From NCBI GenBank assembly GCA_963741285.1, contig CAVUHH010000007.1:106483-138482 (forward strand): DNA of 32,000 bases, in the 5' to 3' direction. Positions 1 to 8,392 of the stretch are shown here, piece after piece. Positions within the stretch are counted from its first letter, which is position 1; every line of letters begins with the position of its first letter. A program made the position numbers and the translations under genes. This DNA is from an uncultured Actinomycetota bacterium. GTDB taxonomy: Bacteria; Actinomycetota; Actinomycetes; Actinomycetales; Micrococcaceae. Under the pieces are notes generated by a model. It was not told the DNA's origin. It worked only from the letters and a program-made list of their open reading frames with translations, and did not search any database.

Positions 1-1
1 G

Positions 2-1942
2 GGCGACCCGGACCCGGTGGCTGAGCCTGCCGAAACCCCGCACGCCGATACCGCCCTGGCCACAGCCCACCTGGCCGCACTGCAGCGGGCCAACCGTGCC
101 ATCAAAGTAAACATCGGCGGGGCCGAGCGGTTCGCCGCTGTCGAGGACGCCGCACGCCTGCGCGACGCCATCGGTGTGCCGCTGCCCATGGGCGTGCCGC
201 TGGCCTTCATCGAACCGGTGGCGGATCCCCTCGGCGACCTCGTGTCCCGCTACGCCCGCACGCACGGACCGTTCACCGCGATGGAAGCCGCGGCGCGGCT
301 GGGCCTCGGCGTCGCCGTAGTCGGCACAGCGCTGAAGCGGCTCGCGGCGGACGGCCGCGTGGTGGAAGGCGAGTTCCGGCCCCACGCCGCGCCGCCGGAA
401 GGCGCCGCAGCCGTGCGGCGGACCACGACGAACAGCAGCCGGCAGCCGGTACGCCCCACGGAACCAGCAAGCAGCTCCACCACCAGCGAATGGTGCGACG
501 CCGAAGTGCTCCGCAAGCTCCGCCGTCGTTCGCTGGCAGCACTGCGCGCCGAAGTGGAACCGGTGGACGCCGCCGCCTACGGCCGCTTCCTTCCTGCCTG
601 GCAGCACGTCCGGACCCCGGGCGCCGGCCGCGGGCAGCCGTCCCTGCGAGGGCTGGACGGAATTGTCACGGCCATCGACCAGCTGTCCGGTGTGCCGGTG
701 CCGGCCTCGGCCTGGGAGCCGCTGGTTCTGGCCAGCCGGGTCTCCAACTACCAGCCCGCCATGCTGGACGAGCTCATGGCCGCCGGCGAAGTCCTCTGGT
801 CCGGGGCCGGCGCGCTCCCCGGCAACGACGGCTGGGTCAGCATGCACCTGGCCGATTCCGCCGACCTGACCCTGAATCCGGCCATCGATTACGAACCGGG
901 AGATGCTCAGCAACGGCTCCTTGATCACCTCCGGAACAACGGCGGTGGATACTTCTTCCGGCAACTGACCGATGTTGCCGGCGGCATGGACTCGGTGCTG
1001 AGCGACCAGGATGTGGTCTCAGCTCTGTGGGATCTGGCCTGGGCGGGCCGGATTACCGGGGATACGTTTGCACCGGTCCGCGCCCTCATCGCCGGCGGCC
1101 ACACCGCCCACCGCCAGGTGGCGCGCGCGCCCCGGGCCCGTGCACCCAGGCTGAGCCGGCTGGGCCGCTCCCACGGTACCGGGCTGCTGGGCGCTTCGGG
1201 AGTGGGCTCACCCGGCCTCAGCGGCGGGAGGTACGGCTCGTCGTCCGGTGCGGCGGCCACGCCGCCGATGGCTGCCGGACGGTGGTCTGCGCTTCCCTTG
1301 CCCGAGCTGGACGCCACCATCCACGCCCGCGCCACCGCGGAATTGCTGCTGGACCGCTATGGCGTGGTGACCCGCGGATCGGTGATGGCGGAACAGATCC
1401 TGGGCGGTTTCGGCCTGATGTACAAAGTCCTGGCCCGGCTGGAGGAAGCCGGCCGGTGCCGCCGCGGGTATTTCATCGAACACCTCGGCGCGGCCCAGTT
1501 CGCGGTCCCGGCTACCGTGGACCGGCTGCGGTCCTATTCCGAGGACAGCCAGCTGGCGAAGTCCGAACCAGTTGCCCTGGCGCTCGCGGCCACCGATCCG
1601 GCGAACCCGTACGGGGCGGCGCTTCCGTGGCCTGCCCTCAACGAGGAAGCCGGCACGGGGCACCGGCCCGGCCGGAAAGCCGGCGCCCTGGTGGTGCTCG
1701 TGGACGGTGCCCTGATCCTCTATGTGGAGCGGGGCGGAAAGACGCTGCTGGCCTTCAGCGGGGACGAAGCCATCCTGTCTGCTGCCGGCGCCGCACTGGT
1801 GGGTGTGGTCACCCGCGGTGCCGTGGACAAGCTGATCATGGAAAAGGTCAACGGCCACGACATCCTGGACACCGCCGTCGCCAAAGCCCTGGCAGCTGCC
1901 GGCGCCTACTCCACCCCGAAGGGGCTGAGGATCCGTGCCTGA
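2..1942 (+). CDS. lhr: Lhr-type ATP-dependent DNA helicase, C-terminal portion (5' end lies upstream of the window)
   Basis: The frame is open from the window edge to TGA 1940-1942. Segments such as VSRYARTHGPFT, RCRRGYFIEHLGAAQFA and LVVLVDGALILYVERGGKTLL match my memory of the conserved Lhr C-terminal domain. Its stop overlaps the start of a nei-type gene (GTGCCTGA), as in the mycobacterial lhr-nei2 operon. Confidence 0.7.
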   Translation, partial: GDPDPVAEPAETPHADTALATAHLAALQRANRAIKVNIGGAERFAAVEDAARLRDAIGVPLPMGVPLAFIEPVADPLGDLVSRYARTHGPFTAMEAAARLGLGVAVVGTALKRLAADGRVVEGEFRPHAAPPEGAAAVRRTTTNSSRQPVRPTEPASSSTTSEWCDAEVLRKLRRRSLAALRAEVEPVDAAAYGRFLPAWQHVRTPGAGRGQPSLRGLDGIVTAIDQLSGVPVPASAWEPLVLASRVSNYQPAMLDELMAAGEVLWSGAGALPGNDGWVSMHLADSADLTLNPAIDYEPGDAQQRLLDHLRNNGGGYFFRQLTDVAGGMDSVLSDQDVVSALWDLAWAGRITGDTFAPVRALIAGGHTAHRQVARAPRARAPRLSRLGRSHGTGLLGASGVGSPGLSGGRYGSSSGAAATPPMAAGRWSALPLPELDATIHARATAELLLDRYGVVTRGSVMAEQILGGFGLMYKVLARLEEAGRCRRGYFIEHLGAAQFAVPATVDRLRSYSEDSQLAKSEPVALALAATDPANPYGAALPWPALNEEAGTGHRPGRKAGALVVLVDGALILYVERGGKTLLAFSGDEAILSAAGAALVGVVTRGAVDKLIMEKVNGHDILDTAVAKALAAAGAYSTPKGLRIRA

Positions 1943-2767
1943 AGGGGATTCCGTCTGGCGGGCCGCCGCCCAACTGCACCAGGCGCTGGCGGGGCAGACG
2001 CTCACGGCCTCCGATTTCAGGGTTCCCCGGTTTGCCACGCTGAACCTGGCCGGCTGGACCGTGACCGAGGTTGTGCCTCGCGGCAAACACCTGCTCATGC
2101 GTGTGGCGGGACCGGCCGAGCGAAAGCTCACCATCCATTCGCATCTGAAGATGGAAGGTGCCTGGCAGGTCTACCCGCCCGGTGGACGCTGGCGGAAGCC
2201 GGGATTCACCGCAAGGTGCGTGCTGCGCACCGCGGTGGCGGACGCCGTCGGCTTCTCCTTGGGGATTGTGGAGGTGGTCCGCACCGATGAGGAGGACAAG
2301 ATCGTGGGTCATCTGGGACCGGACCTGCTGGGCCCGACTGGGATCCGGCCGAGGCCGAGCGAACGGATCCGCTGCGGCCCCTGATGTCCCCATCGGCGTG
2401 GCGCTGCTGGACCAGCGCAACCTCGCGGGCATCGGCAACATCTACCGCTGCGAGACCTGCTTCCTGTCCGGCGTCCATCCTGCGTCGCCCAGTTCTGCCG
2501 TCGGCGATCTCCAGACCATGATGACCGACGCGAAGCAATTGCTGGAAGCCAACCTCGGACCGGGACGGCGGGTCACCATCCTGAATCCGCGCGGCATGCC
2601 CGTGGGAAGGATGGCAGGGCGGCCCGGTTACTGGGTTTACCGCCGCGAACACCAGCCGTGCCTGAAATGCGGCACTCCCATCCGCCGCGGCGTGCTGGGG
2701 AAGCTCAATGGCGAGGAGGAGCGGGACATCTATTTCTGCCCGCAGTGCCAGCCGTCTGCTGGACTAG
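1935..2767 (+). pseudogene. nei: Fpg/Nei-family DNA glycosylase (endonuclease VIII, Nei2-like), frame-disrupted as read
   Basis: The N-terminus MPEGDSVWRAA carries catalytic Pro2/Glu3. The ORF 1935-2384 stops after GHLGPDLLGP. The rest of the protein (PDVPIGVALLDQRNLAGIGNIYRCE ... zinc finger CLKCG...CPQCQ) continues in the frame of ORF 2158-3459. The conserved DWDPAEAE is readable only in the third frame at 2336-2359. There is no in-frame stop after CPQCQ; TAG 2765-2767 is one frame off, so the 3' end is uncertain. Confidence 0.8.
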
Positions 2768-2802
2768 GACCGCAGGGCGCCTGGTTCCAGTGGCTCGGAA
2801 GT

Positions 2803-3438
2803 TCACCAACTCCGCCGTGCCCGGCCGGGCCTCGTCCTGAGCGGCGGCCGGCGACCACGGCGGCCGGGACCATGAACCAGCGGCAGCAGCAGCTGGACCA
2901 GCGGCCCGATGGCCACGGCATAGACCACCGTTCCCACCCCGACCGATCCGCCCAGCAGCCAGCCGACGCCCAGCACCACCACTTCGATCAGCGTGCGGGA
3001 CAGCCGGACGGACCAGCCGGTGCGGCGCGCCAGGCCCGTCATCAGTCCGTCGCGGGCGCCGGGGCCAAAGCGGGCGCCGATGTAGCAGGCCGAGGCGATG
3101 CCGTTCAGCACCACGGCGCCGGCGAGCATCGCGATCTGCCCGCCGAGGTGGGCGAACGCGGGGATCAGCGCCAGCCCGACGTCGGCGAACACCCCCACCA
3201 GGACGGCATTGGCCAGCGTTCCGAAGCCGGGCTTCTGCCGCAGCGGGATCCACAGCAGCAGCACCAGGAAGCTCACGGCCACCACCACGGTGCCGATGCT
3301 GAACCCGCTCAGTCCGGCGAGTCCCTGATGGAAAACGTCCCAGGGGTCCAGTCCGAGTCCGGCGCGGATGAACATGGCCAGCGAAATGCCATACATGGCG
3401 AGGCCGATCAGGAGCTGGGGGATTCTGCGGGTCATCAT
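2803..3438 (-). CDS. YczE-like integral membrane protein (COG2364-type)
   Basis: The ORF is hydrophobic and multi-TM, with LGLDPWDVFHQGL near the N-terminus, typical of YczE-family proteins. It is divergent from a MocR-type regulator, a known pairing. The start is probably ATG 3438 or 3435 (MMTRRIPQLL). The basic C-terminal tail is unverified. Confidence 0.6.
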   Translation of the reverse strand: MMTRRIPQLLIGLAMYGISLAMFIRAGLGLDPWDVFHQGLAGLSGFSIGTVVVAVSFLVLLLWIPLRQKPGFGTLANAVLVGVFADVGLALIPAFAHLGGQIAMLAGAVVLNGIASACYIGARFGPGARDGLMTGLARRTGWSVRLSRTLIEVVVLGVGWLLGGSVGVGTVVYAVAIGPLVQLLLPLVHGPGRRGRRPPLRTRPGRARRSW

Positions 3439-3455
3439 GAAACACATAGTCACCG

Positions 3456-3495
3456 ATAACTGGCCTTGCATTCCATAGCCAGTTTGGAATACTGG
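3456..3495. promoter_or_regulatory. Candidate MocR operator in the 61-bp divergent intergenic region
   Basis: Direct repeats ATAACTGG (3456-3463) and AATACTGG (3488-3495) lie 32 bp apart, with an inverted CCAGTT (3479-3484) between them. MocR/GabR/PdxR regulators are known to bind spaced direct or inverted short repeats in such intergenic regions. Confidence 0.3.
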
Positions 3496-3499
3496 TCTT

Positions 3500-4966
3500 A
3501 TGTCCCCGTCACTGAACCCCTCCGCACTGGCGCGCCTCCTGGGCGCGTGGAACCTCGGTGCGGCGCCCGCCTACCGCGAGCTGGCCGACGTCGTGCGCCT
3601 GTTGATCATGGACGGCCGCATCCCGCTGGACGTCGCGCTGCCCAGCGAGCGCGCACTGGCCCAGACCCTTGGCCTGAGCCGGACCACCGTCACGGCCGCG
3701 TATGCGGGGCTGCGGGAGCAGGGCTTCCTCAGCGCGGGCCAGGGCAGCCGCGGCCGGACCGGCATTCCGCACCGGACCGTGCCGGTGAGCGCACCCGGCG
3801 TCGCCCTCCCTGACGGAATCCTGGACCTGGCCTACGCCTCGCTCCCGGCCACGGGCGAGGTGGTGCACCGGGCCTTCGCGGATGCGCTGACGGACCTGCC
3901 CGCGCTCCTGCCCGGCTTCGGCTACGACGCGGTGGGTATTCCCGCTCTCCGGGAAGCCATCGCCGAGCGGTACACCGCCGCGGGCGTCCCCACCACGGCC
4001 AGCCAGATCCTGGTGACCTCCGGCGCGCAGCACGCGCTGAACATTGTGTTGCGGACCCTCGCCGGCAGGCAGCAAAAGGTCCTGGTGGACCATCCCACCT
4101 ACCCAAACGCCCTCGATGCCATCCGCGCCTCCGGCTCAAGGATCATCCCGGTGCCGCTGCCGCCGCCCACCGCTGCGGGGGCTGCAGGCAGGCCGGGATG
4201 GGACATGGACGCCATGGTGGCCGCGCTGCAGCAGCAGCGCCCCGCCATGGCGTACATGGTTCCGGACTTCCACAACCCCACGGGCCGGCTGATGTCCGAT
4301 CTGCAGCGCCGCCGCCTGGTGCGGGCCGCCGCGGCATCAGGGACGGTGCTGGTGGTGGACGAGACACTGCGGGCGCTGAACCTCGACGGCGGAACCACCT
4401 CGCCGCTCGCAGCATTCAGTCCCGCCGTGGTCTCCATTGGATCGCTCAGCAAGTCGCACTGGGCGGGACTGCGGACGGGCTGGATCCGTGCGGACGAGGA
4501 CCTGCTGGGCCGCTTCATCGCCACGCGGACCACGATGGACCTGGGCGGGCCCGTCGTCGAACAGTTGGCTGCAACGGGGCTGGTGCGCTCGCTCGAAGAG
4601 CCGCTCGGCGCCCGGCTTGAAACGCTGCGCGAGAACCGGGCCGTTCTTCTTGAACTGCTGGCCGGGCACCTGCCGGACTGGCAGCCGGAGCGGCCCGCAG
4701 GCGGCCTGACGGTGTGGTGCCGGTTGCCGGCGGCGTCGAGCACTGCCCTGACCGTGATCGCGCCCGAGTTCGGCATCCGGCTGGCCGCCGGCCCGCGTTT
4801 CGGCGCCGGCGGGGCCTTTGAGCAGTATCTGCGGGTGCCGTTTACGCTCCCGCCGGACCAGCTCGAGACGGCAGTCCGGGCATTGCGCTCGGCCCAGGAA
4901 AGGCTCGACGCCGCCCCGCAGCTCCGCCGGACCCTGAAACCGGCCCCGGCCGTGGCCATCGCATGA
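3500..4966 (+). CDS. MocR/PdxR-subfamily GntR transcriptional regulator with fold-type I aminotransferase-like domain
   Basis: 488-aa intact ORF. It has an N-terminal wHTH (LPSERALAQTLGLSRTTVTAAYAGLREQGFL) and a C-terminal aminotransferase-like domain with the PLP-lysine context SIGSLSKSHWAGLRTGW. Confidence 0.85.
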   Translation: MSPSLNPSALARLLGAWNLGAAPAYRELADVVRLLIMDGRIPLDVALPSERALAQTLGLSRTTVTAAYAGLREQGFLSAGQGSRGRTGIPHRTVPVSAPGVALPDGILDLAYASLPATGEVVHRAFADALTDLPALLPGFGYDAVGIPALREAIAERYTAAGVPTTASQILVTSGAQHALNIVLRTLAGRQQKVLVDHPTYPNALDAIRASGSRIIPVPLPPPTAAGAAGRPGWDMDAMVAALQQQRPAMAYMVPDFHNPTGRLMSDLQRRRLVRAAAASGTVLVVDETLRALNLDGGTTSPLAAFSPAVVSIGSLSKSHWAGLRTGWIRADEDLLGRFIATRTTMDLGGPVVEQLAATGLVRSLEEPLGARLETLRENRAVLLELLAGHLPDWQPERPAGGLTVWCRLPAASSTALTVIAPEFGIRLAAGPRFGAGGAFEQYLRVPFTLPPDQLETAVRALRSAQERLDAAPQLRRTLKPAPAVAIA

Positions 4967-4983
4967 CCCGCGAATTCGCACCC

Positions 4984-5040
4984 GACGCGCAAAATACCTG
5001 GCGCACCCGGCATATGGCCGCGTCAGGTATTTTGCGAGTC
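4984..5040. terminator. Long hairpin between convergent genes (candidate bidirectional terminator)
   Basis: GACGCGCAAAATACCTG (4984-5000) pairs with CAGGTATTTTGCGAGTC (5024-5040). This gives 17-bp arms with one mismatch and a 23-nt loop. It sits between the stop of the MocR gene (4966) and the stop of the SRPBCC gene (5070). Confidence 0.45.
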
Positions 5041-5069
5041 GAAATGCACTTTCCGGGTCGACAGATCCG

Positions 5070-5762
5070 TTAGGCGTAGACCTTCTCCAGGAACCCGCTC
5101 CAGGCCTTGGCGGTGGCTTCCGGGTCGCCGCTGCCGCTGAAGTCGTGCACCGTCATGCCCACCACGGCACCGAAGGCGTTGCGGCCGAAGAACCGGTACA
5201 TCGTGTCCGCGGTCCGCAGCCCGAGGAAGTGCTCATTGGCGAAGTCCACTTCCCCGGCAAGCCGCCCCACGCCGTCGAGCGTCACATCCACGGCGGAACC
5301 CTGCGCCGCAGCTTCCACGCCCAGCGCCTTCTTCAGCCGCTCAAACCCGTCCGGGGTCTGCGATGCTGCGGGCGCCTGGATGTCCGTGAAGACCACAGGC
5401 TTGCCGTCGAAATGCGCCAGGTACTGGCCGAGGGTGTGGAGGTAGAACTCGGTGTGCTTGCTGGCGCCGTCGTACTGCTCGTCCCAGTTGTCCGCGAAGA
5501 TCCCGCTGTGCACGTAGTGGAGCTTGGCGCGGCCGCCGTCGAGCGGTTCCAGGACGTGCTCCAGCTGGTTGAACCAGCCATCCGGGCCGTCCATCCGGGA
5601 GACCAGGTGCGTGGGGTACTCCTGCACGGTCTTGACGTCCGGCCACTGGTCCGTGGGGAACATCCACGCCGGGGTGCCGTTGGTCACGGCCTCCCAGACG
5701 CGCTCGGGAGTGCCCGGCAGTTCGGTGTCGTAGACGATCTCAAATTCACGCTTGTCAGTCAT
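5070..5762 (-). CDS. SRPBCC/AHSA1-like domain protein
   Basis: 230-aa intact ORF with non-biased composition. Its start overlaps the stop of the upstream ArsR-family gene (ATGACTGA-type 8-nt overlap). ArsR plus SRPBCC pairs are a common actinobacterial operon. Confidence 0.65.
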   Translation of the reverse strand: MTDKREFEIVYDTELPGTPERVWEAVTNGTPAWMFPTDQWPDVKTVQEYPTHLVSRMDGPDGWFNQLEHVLEPLDGGRAKLHYVHSGIFADNWDEQYDGASKHTEFYLHTLGQYLAHFDGKPVVFTDIQAPAASQTPDGFERLKKALGVEAAAQGSAVDVTLDGVGRLAGEVDFANEHFLGLRTADTMYRFFGRNAFGAVVGMTVHDFSGSGDPEATAKAWSGFLEKVYA

Positions 5763-6402
5763 TGTCCTGCTCCTTCGCTGAAAGGGTCTTGTTAGGGGTC
5801 TTGAGTGCGGGGTGAAGCGCGACGACGAGCCGGTGCTTCCGTCCGCCGCCCGCCGAGGTGCCGCCAGGGGTGGAGGCGCTGCCGCCGTCGTGATACTTGT
5901 CCACCAGCCGGGTCACCGCAACGCCGAGCTCCTCGGCAAAAGCGGCCCGGTCCGCGGCGGTGCGGAAAGTGATCTCGCCGTCGATCGCGAACGTGGCGAG
6001 CTTCTGCCGGGCCGCTGCGGCACCGGCGATCAGCTTGCCCACCTCCTGGACCATCCGGCCGGCGAGCGCCAGCAGCCAGAAGGCGGAAAAGCGGTCCGAG
6101 AACCGGTGCGGGTCAGGCGCCACCGACGCGAGGGCCACCGGTGAGATCAGGTAGGAGGCCGCCGTCGCCTGGAGGACGCGTTCGGTGACGTTGCCTTTGC
6201 GCCGCTCCTCCACCAGCTCCACCAGCCCGTGCCGTTCGAGGGCCTTGAGATGGTAGTTGACCTTCTGCCGCGGCAGGCCCACCTTGGCGGCAAGCTGCGT
6301 GGCCGATCCCGGCTCCGCCAGCTCCCGGAGGATGCGCGTTCGGATCGGGTCCAGCGACGCTTCCGCCGCGGCCGGGTCCTCGATCACTTCGATGTCCAAC
6401 AT
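5755..6402 (-). CDS. ArsR-family winged-helix transcriptional regulator
   Basis: Starting from ATG 6402: MLDIEVIEDPAAAEASLDPIRTRILRELAEPGSATQLAAKVGLPRQKVNYHLKALERHGLV, an ArsR/SmtB-type HTH. The longer tracked ORF (to 6621) has an implausible R/G-rich leader. Confidence 0.8.
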   Translation of the reverse strand: MLDIEVIEDPAAAEASLDPIRTRILRELAEPGSATQLAAKVGLPRQKVNYHLKALERHGLVELVEERRKGNVTERVLQATAASYLISPVALASVAPDPHRFSDRFSAFWLLALAGRMVQEVGKLIAGAAAARQKLATFAIDGEITFRTAADRAAFAEELGVAVTRLVDKYHDGGSASTPGGTSAGGGRKHRLVVALHPALKTPNKTLSAKEQDND

Positions 6403-6414
6403 GCTTCCATCCTG

Positions 6415-6441
6415 CCAACCGACAACTTTTATTGTCAAGAA
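6415..6441 (-). promoter_or_regulatory. Putative promoter/operator of the arsR-like gene
   Basis: On the minus strand, TTGACA (6438-6433) is followed after 18 nt by CAGGAT, ending 6 nt before the ATG, which implies a near-leaderless transcript. The short palindrome GACAA-N6-TTGTC (6421-6436) overlaps the -35. Confidence 0.3.
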
Positions 6442-6529
6442 CTTTTTTTCCGTCGGATGGGATCTCGTTTGTTGGGCCCGCTGTGCGCCCCTGGACCGGC
6501 CCGAGGCACGCACGGCAGGCCCCGCAAAG

Positions 6530-6535
6530 TAGAAT
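6530..6535 (+). promoter_or_regulatory. -10-like TAGAAT positioned for a leaderless transcript of the rluA-family gene
   Basis: TAGAAT ends 6 nt before the GTG at 6542 (ATG at 6545). It fits the actinobacterial TANNNT -10 and leaderless spacing. Confidence 0.35.
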
Positions 6536-6541
6536 GGACCG

Positions 6542-7528
6542 GTGATGCAATCCCCCCTCCCCGTGCGCGACGGCGTCAACGCCACCCGCCTGCGCCTCCC
6601 GGACGAGGGGCCGTGGACCACCGCGATGGACTACATGATGCACCGCTGGGGCCACATCGATCCGCAGGGCATCGAGGACAGGTTCGACGCCGGCGAGATC
6701 GTCGGCGAGGGCGGCATCCCCCTGGACCGGGCCACGAAGCTCGATGACCACACCTTCATCTGGTACTACCGCACACTGCCGCCGGAGACCCGCATCCCGG
6801 TGGACATCAGCATCCTGCACCAGGACGAACACCTGCTGGTGGTGGACAAGCCGCACTTCCTGCCCACCACCCCCGGCGGCACCTACATCCAGGAATCGGC
6901 CCTGGTCCGGCTGCGGAACCAGCTGGACCTGCCGGACCTCATCCCCATGCACCGCCTGGACCGGATGACCGCCGGCGTGCTGCTGCTGTCCACGAATCCC
7001 GAGACCCGCGGCAAGTACCAGGTGCTCTTCGAGAAGCGCCAGGTGCAGAAGGAATACGAGTGCGTCTCCGCCGCGGAGCCCGCTGCCGGGTACCCCGCCG
7101 TCGACTTCCCCGTGGTGGTCCGCAACCGGATGACCAAGTCCCGCAGCTACCTGCTGGCCGAAGTGATCGACGGCGAGCCGAACGCGGAGACCCGGATCGA
7201 ACGGCTGGAAACGTTCGACGGCGGCGCATCTGCGCGTGCGGCAGGCACCGCGGCCGCGGGCATTCAGGGCCCGCCCCGCCTCGCGCGCTACCGGCTGGAG
7301 CCGCACTCCGGAAAAACGCACCAGCTGAGGGTGCACATGGCCTCATTGGGCCTCGGCATCGTCAACGACGCCTTTTATCCCGACCTGCTGGACAAGGCTC
7401 CGGACGACTACACCAAACCGCTGCAGCTCCTCGCCCGCGGCATCCGGTTCGTGGACCCCATCAGCAAGCAGCCCGTGGAATACCGCAGCCGGCTGGAGCT
7501 CAGCGAGGCAGTTCAGGCACCGCGCTGA
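6542..7528 (+). CDS. RluA-family pseudouridine synthase
   Basis: Contains the catalytic-Asp motif HRLDRMTAGVLLLS and KTHQLRVH. The ORF is intact at 328 aa. Confidence 0.85.
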   Translation: MMQSPLPVRDGVNATRLRLPDEGPWTTAMDYMMHRWGHIDPQGIEDRFDAGEIVGEGGIPLDRATKLDDHTFIWYYRTLPPETRIPVDISILHQDEHLLVVDKPHFLPTTPGGTYIQESALVRLRNQLDLPDLIPMHRLDRMTAGVLLLSTNPETRGKYQVLFEKRQVQKEYECVSAAEPAAGYPAVDFPVVVRNRMTKSRSYLLAEVIDGEPNAETRIERLETFDGGASARAAGTAAAGIQGPPRLARYRLEPHSGKTHQLRVHMASLGLGIVNDAFYPDLLDKAPDDYTKPLQLLARGIRFVDPISKQPVEYRSRLELSEAVQAPR

Positions 7529-8059
7529 TCAAGGCCAGCAGGCCAACACGGCGCTGAAGGCGTCCTCCATCTCGGAGCTGAACAGCACAAACTCCACCGC
7601 CTCAAGTGCGCTGGCCGGATGCGAGGCACCAAACCCTGTGACGGCGTCGTACGCGGCCTCTGCCACCTGCCGGCCCGTCCAGCCGTAGACGCCGCCGCCC
7701 ACCGCCGGAAACGCGACGGAGGCGGCACTCAGCGAATCGGCCAGCCGCAGGCTTTCGCTGAAGCACGAGACCAGCAGCGCCCGGTTGGTTTGCCCGGCAT
7801 GGCGGTTTGGCCCCACGGTGTGGATGACCCAGCGGGCCGGGAGCCGGAACCCGGGAGTGGCGACGGCGGCACCCACGGCGAGCCCGTGCGGCAGCTCAGT
7901 GGCGCGGAGTTCGCGGCAGGCGGCCAGGAGCTCAGGCCCGGCGGCGCGATGGATGGCGCCGTCCACACCGCCGCCGCCCAGCAGCGAGGAATTGGCAGCG
8001 TTCACGATCGCGTCCACGGCCCGGGTGGTGATATCGGCCTGGAGAATACTGATCCGCAT
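7529..8059 (-). CDS. Macro-domain protein (O-acetyl-ADP-ribose deacetylase / YmdB-like)
   Basis: MRISILQADITTRAVDAIVNAANSSLLGGGGVDGAIHRAAG is the canonical macro-domain N-terminus. The stop abuts the rluA stop with no spacer. Confidence 0.85.
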   Translation of the reverse strand: MRISILQADITTRAVDAIVNAANSSLLGGGGVDGAIHRAAGPELLAACRELRATELPHGLAVGAAVATPGFRLPARWVIHTVGPNRHAGQTNRALLVSCFSESLRLADSLSAASVAFPAVGGGVYGWTGRQVAEAAYDAVTGFGASHPASALEAVEFVLFSSEMEDAFSAVLACWP

Positions 8060-8363
8060 GCGGCCAGTTTGGCACGTGCGGCTTTGCTGATAAATGGTTC
8101 AGCCGGTCACGGCACTGGACGGCTCACAGGCCCTGCATCACAGGCAGCCGCTTCGCCAGATCGAGGAGCGCATGTTGTTTCCGGTGTCCAGCATGATGAT
8201 CCGGTAGAAACGGCGCATCGCGGAGTTCAGCCGGTCGAACTCACGGCTGCCGATGGTGGCGGCGAGGAGCAGCGTCGCCGTTCAGCCCCGAGGCTTCAAC
8301 AGGGCCCAGGAAAACAATCCCGGCGCACGGGTCCAGCGATGTGCAAGCACTGCATCAGGTGCT

Positions 8364-8392
8364 GTTGTCACTTTCCCCACCAAGTTGTCACT
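8364..8392. repeat. Perfect 9-bp direct repeat GTTGTCACT x2, 20-bp period
   Basis: GTTGTCACT occurs at 8364-8372 and 8384-8392, in non-coding, lower-GC sequence. Confidence 0.6.

Noticed and set aside
2158-3459. 433-aa plus-strand ORF
   Set aside because: Only its first ~200 codons (PDVPIGVALLDQRNLAG...CPQCQ) are real nei sequence. The remainder is R/P/G/H/Q-rich nonsense antisense to the YczE-like membrane gene, kept open by high GC.
6113-7336. 407-aa minus-strand ORF
   Set aside because: It is antisense to the RluA-family gene and overlaps the arsR 5' region. It is G/R/A/H-rich with no motifs.
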